Source: Candidatus Bathyarchaeota archaeon
GTDB taxonomy: Archaea; Thermoproteota; Bathyarchaeia; 40CM-2-53-6; RBG-13-38-9
Direction of reading: 5' to 3'
NCBI GenBank assembly: GCA_963807605.1
Contig: CAWECG010000005.1
Coordinates: forward strand, 11,761 to 75,760
Length of the DNA stretch: 64,000 nucleotides
In this document: piece by piece, positions 60,520-64,000 of the stretch
Layout: each line of letters opens with the position of its first letter
How positions within the stretch are numbered: the stretch's first letter is position 1
The notes under the pieces: generated by a model
Databases searched by the model: none
Told to the model about the DNA's origin: nothing
What the model saw: only the letters and a program-made list of their open reading frames with translations
Position numbers and translations under genes: made by a program

Positions 60520-61166
60520 ATCCTGAGCTAAAGCTCAGGGGGTTTGCGCTGCTTAGGTTATGTATTCGCTGAGGGATTTCTGTTTGAATTGTAGGTAGAT
60601 GTCGTGGTCCACGGCCTTCCAGTGTTTCCTCTGGCTGTGTTCAAGGTAGTCCTGATGGCTTCATTCGTGGTGGCGCCGACTGAGCGGTAGAAGTAGCCCG
60701 CTGTCCAGAAGGCGTCACCCCAAAGCTTCGCCCTGACCCTGCTCCAGCATTTCTGGCGGATCCGCCTTGAGCTGGCGCCTTTCAGGAGGCGTGCCAGCTC
60801 CGAGACGGCCAGATTCTTGCATGCGCCCACGAATATGTGGGCATGGTCGGGACTGAACTCTATGGCGTGGACCGCAAAACCATATCTAGCCGCTGTCTCG
60901 CGGAAGCAATCCTCGCAGGCCCTTTTCACCTCGCCATCGCGGAATATGTCGCGCCTGTACTTGGGTGTGAACTGCAGGTGGAAGTTAGCCTCGCCGAGGC
61001 TGTGGGCTGACCTAACCAACTCCATACCGTAACACCTCCTCGCCGGCGAGGAGAGGCCGGAATACGCTCCGCTACCCGCTGGGAGCGAAGAAAGCCCCCC
61101 AGATAGAAGTATCATGGGAAGAATAGAAAAGAGCACCCATCCTCAGGCTGAAGCCAGAGGGATTCA
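60520..61166 (-). mobile_element. tnpA: IS200-type element with tnpA (61025-60553), frameshifted just before the catalytic Tyr
   Basis: H....PKYRR, HUH motif DHAH, LKG.SS, FW..GYF..SVG; YLEHSQ continues in another frame; hairpins cctgagctaaagctcagg and cctcaggctgaagccagagg. Confidence 0.88.
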
Positions 61167-61179
61167 ATCAACAGCTAAA
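61148..61179 (+). repeat. 32-bp dispersed repeat, copy 2
   Basis: Identical to 61872-61903 and to the reverse complement of 25461-25492. Confidence 0.9.
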
Positions 61180-61224
61180 CGGGCAGTGAAATATTTTCGG
61201 GAAACAAGAATCGACTACCTCAAA

Positions 61225-61328
61225 ATTGTTGCATGAATTGAGTCGTTCACATCCACTCCATAAATGCAGGCGCTCATAGAATGGCATTAGCGCTCCTCTG
61301 CAAAAACACTTCCCATACCATCGCGCTA
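61225..61328 (-). mobile_element. Degenerate IS110 5' end, related to 25950-26055
   Basis: Shares cttcccataccatcgcgcta, the gcgctcata...gcgct hairpin and decayed first codons (MSA..G.DV). Confidence 0.7.
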
Positions 61329-61374
61329 GAGACCCTAGGGGCCTTCTATAAGGGCATAGAACTTCATTTGTAAG

Positions 61375-61590
61375 TTAGAGAAACTTGAGAAAATCATCTC
61401 TTGATATGTTACAGTCCTTAAGAATTCTATTGAGAAGGCCAACCCGTATCTCTTTCAATGGAACCGTGACGAAGGTGCGGTTGCGTTCAAGAGTCACATG
61501 GCTACCTCTTTGCCTAACTTTCAGAAAGCCAAAATTGTTACATAGGATCTTAATAAGATCTTTTCCGTCAACTGGTCTCAAGCGAGACAA
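61375..61590 (-). CDS. hicA: HicA-family toxin
   Basis: GF..VRQRGSH, VTVP, GLL..ILK. Confidence 0.88.
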   Translation of the reverse strand: MSRLRPVDGKDLIKILCNNFGFLKVRQRGSHVTLERNRTFVTVPLKEIRVGLLNRILKDCNISRDDFLKFL

Positions 61591-61606
61591 GGAGGTAGAC
61601 CAAACA

Positions 61607-61816
61607 TCAGTGGTGGACCAAGGCGGTAGCTATCTCTTTCTTTGCCTTCTCTCTTATGACGGACAGGTGAAGATCGAGAGCTTCTTCGAAGTTTCGCTTA
61701 GCTTCTTTCAAGGTCTTGCCTACCGAATACACACCAAGCGCTGAGCACACGATTGCGTAGCTTCCATCATCTTCTTTGACTACTTCAGTCTTGATATCCT
61801 TCGGCTTCAAGGCCAA
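61607..61816 (-). CDS. hicB: HicB-family antitoxin (short form, upstream of hicA)
   Basis: EDDGSY...C..L.V.S.GKT..EA..N..EAL.L.L. Confidence 0.85.
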   Translation of the reverse strand: MALKPKDIKTEVVKEDDGSYAIVCSALGVYSVGKTLKEAKRNFEEALDLHLSVIREKAKKEIATALVHH

Positions 61817-61871
61817 CTGCTCACACCTAGTTTCAAGAAGAATTGTCGCCCTTATAAGTTCTATAACATGT

Positions 61872-61903
61872 CTGAAGCCAGAGGGATTCAATCAACAGCT
61901 AAA
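61872..61903 (+). repeat. 32-bp dispersed repeat, copy 3
   Basis: Identical to 61148-61179. Confidence 0.9.
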
Positions 61904-62562
61904 ACTTCAGGCCCTTTGGCGCAGCCTTGGGTAACATGAGTTACGATGCGAGACACTCTTAGCCCGAGAAAAGCGGGGCTCACAGCATCATTTTGGAGTG
62001 CCGACTAGCCGCATACATAGCGTTCGAATCAGCGAAAGGGGGATTTTGTTGATTTCGAACCCAATTGACATGAGATGGTGGTTGCTTTAGCATATCCCTG
62101 CATCGATATGGCCATGGGGCCACTGCCATTTGCTTTTCGAGGTAGAAACTACTGCCGTGATTCTTATACGAGACCCAGATAAGTCAGCCTGTCGGAAAAT
62201 TCAGGTTTTATGCTTGGTCGCTATTTTCGTCTAGGTTCTAATGTTTGAATGTTTAGGGTCTAAGGATATGAACCAGATTTTTCCACTAAGATGCTCTAAC
62301 TAGCTTTGACGGACGATATGTCCTCCCTGAGCACACGCTTCAACTGCGGCTCAATCAGTATGGGGAAATACAAACTCCTTCTGTGGGTAGGTTGTCAGCT
62401 CACCGACGCCAGCCAAGGTGTACAAACAAAGAGATGTTATCAATAGATAGATCTTAGGCTACGATGTGGGGTTGACCTTTGCACATGTGCCCTGAACACG
62501 GACTGACTGAGGGGGAAGGTTTCGTCTGGCTGTCTGCAACACCGTTTTCGCTTCAATTTTCC

Positions 62563-63872
62563 GGTCGTGTGCAGTGATGGGTTAGATTGGTGTTGTGAGT
62601 GTGGGTTGGTATTGTGATGGGCGGATATAGGTTTCCCAGAATTGCTTGTAGAATTGTGGGTTTGTGTATCTGACCAAGATGATTTGGAGCATGTTTTCTA
62701 GTCCTTCTGTGCTCCAGTGCATCCATTTATGTTTGCAGCGTTTGGAGATCTCGCCCATGAGTCGTTCGATGGCGTTGGATGTGTAGGGTATCTGGATGTT
62801 CTTCAGGGCGAGTTTCGATAATGTCACCATGAACCTGGCGTTTGATTTTATGAAGGCAGCCGTCTTAGGGTATCCTTTCAATTTCAGGTCTTCTGCGAGG
62901 GCTATGAGTCCTTTCACGGTGTTCTTTATCCTTCTCTTGAGCGCTTCAGTGTCATCGTCTTCCAGATGTTTCTTGACAGAGTTGACGAGGGTGTAGAGGA
63001 GCTGCTTCATCTCCAGGCTTACGGCTTCTCTCTCCTGTCTGTTCATGCCTTCAGCCCACAGCTTGTAGAGGGAATCCTTCACAGCATGGACCAGGTCTAA
63101 CTGTCTCGTCTCATAGGCTAGGTTGAGGCGTATGCTTCGGTCTGCATCTCCAACGAGGCTGCTGTTGCTGGTGTTGACGTCTCTTCCTATTTGGCTTCAG
63201 TCTTGGTTGACTGAAGCGTAGAGAAGCGTCTTTCTATGGGTGTCTGGGTCGTATCCGATTACTATGCGTACCTGGTTCAGGGTGGGATAGACGCTCTGGG
63301 TCTTGGTGCCGTCAACCATCACTACAGGTGGCTCCTCACAACTAACCCTAGCCAGGTTTGCCTCCCCTAGCTGTCTGCCTATCTCCTGTACGAAGCTGTG
63401 AATGGTGCGTTTGGGTATCTTGACGCCTGTATGGTTCTGGAAGTCTATCATAGCGTCCTGGTAGGATAGGCGTGAAGCCTTATCCGCCAGGAGCATCCTC
63501 ACCTCTTGACTATACTTGCGCTTCTCGATGTTCAACGCATAAATGATAGGGGAGAACACTCTGCCGCCTCTCTTCATCTTAACAACTGTGAAGACCACTC
63601 TTCCAAGCTTGGTCACCAAGCTACGTTGATAGTTGGTTGAGTATCTCCAACCTAAAGCCTGAAGATCCTCCGCCAACTCGGCCTGAAGAGCTTCTATCGC
63701 TCTGGATAGGTTCTCAAGGGTCTTGATCTGCTCCCGCTCAATCAAGTCCGCTAAATCTATACGTTCCGCTACCTCGGTTTCCAACAGGGGCTTACTCTCC
63801 TCCATCGTGCTGTCACTCACAACACTTGGAGGCGGGTAAGCCTCACAAATCTAACCCGTCACTGCGCGGCAC
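62563..63872 (-). mobile_element. ISH6/UPF0236-like IS with terminal IRs; transposase 63820-62582 has one in-frame TGA at 63197-63199
   Basis: IRs gcagtgatgggttagatt and aatctaacccgtcactgc; the two ORFs are in one frame; VDGTK, GDAD, TSN.IER.MGE...R.K....WS..G. Confidence 0.8.
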
Positions 63873-64000
63873 GAATTCTTTGGTAATAGGTACTGGGTAG
63901 CTGGAGCTTCGTATTCACGGTGGATCTATTGTCACATTATTGGATCCTCGTCATCCTCGAATATCCTTGATGTGTGCAAGCAAATCCTGACAAACGCTAG

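Noticed and set aside
61910-62560. Gene or RNA in this gap
   Set aside because: No ORF of 60 aa or more and no recognisable tRNA or other RNA structure; probably decayed sequence.
63197-63199. TGA recoding (selenocysteine or alternative code) in the ISH6-like transposase
   Set aside because: TGA is a normal stop in many genes here; a TGG-to-TGA nonsense mutation is simpler.

Overview
This is a 64 kb surface-glycan biosynthesis island from an archaeon. The taxonomic call is inference: an AglH/GPT-type phosphoglycosyl transferase, a long-form RmlA with an LHGG motif, TTG/GTG starts and TATA-like boxes point to a TACK lineage, possibly Bathyarchaeia. The window holds many GT2, GT4 and GT-C glycosyltransferases, methyltransferases and nucleotide-sugar enzymes (dTDP-rhamnose RmlA/B/C/D, a GDP-heptose-type HddA/GmhA/GmhB set with transaldolase, a GDP-fucose synthase and a Cys-less nucleotide-sugar dehydrogenase). 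It also holds a Wzm/Wzt ABC exporter and WsaE/WsaF-like rhamnosyltransferases, one with a perfect 4x63-bp coiled-coil repeat that may act as a chain-length ruler. The heptose kinase carries a 402-aa LAGLIDADG intein. Mobile DNA is abundant: IS481, IS110 (x2), IS1182/IS5-like, three solo tnpB elements, an IS200 tnpA and an ISH6-like element, plus a hicBA pair. The most striking unexplained signal is a short palindromic (T)AGCGCGC(GC)TA-type filler. It sits exactly at many rearrangement junctions: between the copies of 10-bp and 46-bp direct duplications, in place of deleted segments, and at the ends of orphan gene fragments. One such site was later hit by an IS with target duplication. This looks like the scar of an undescribed DNA break-joining process that adds GC-dinucleotide DNA. 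No candidate enzyme is encoded in this window. No rRNA, tRNA or CRISPR array was seen.
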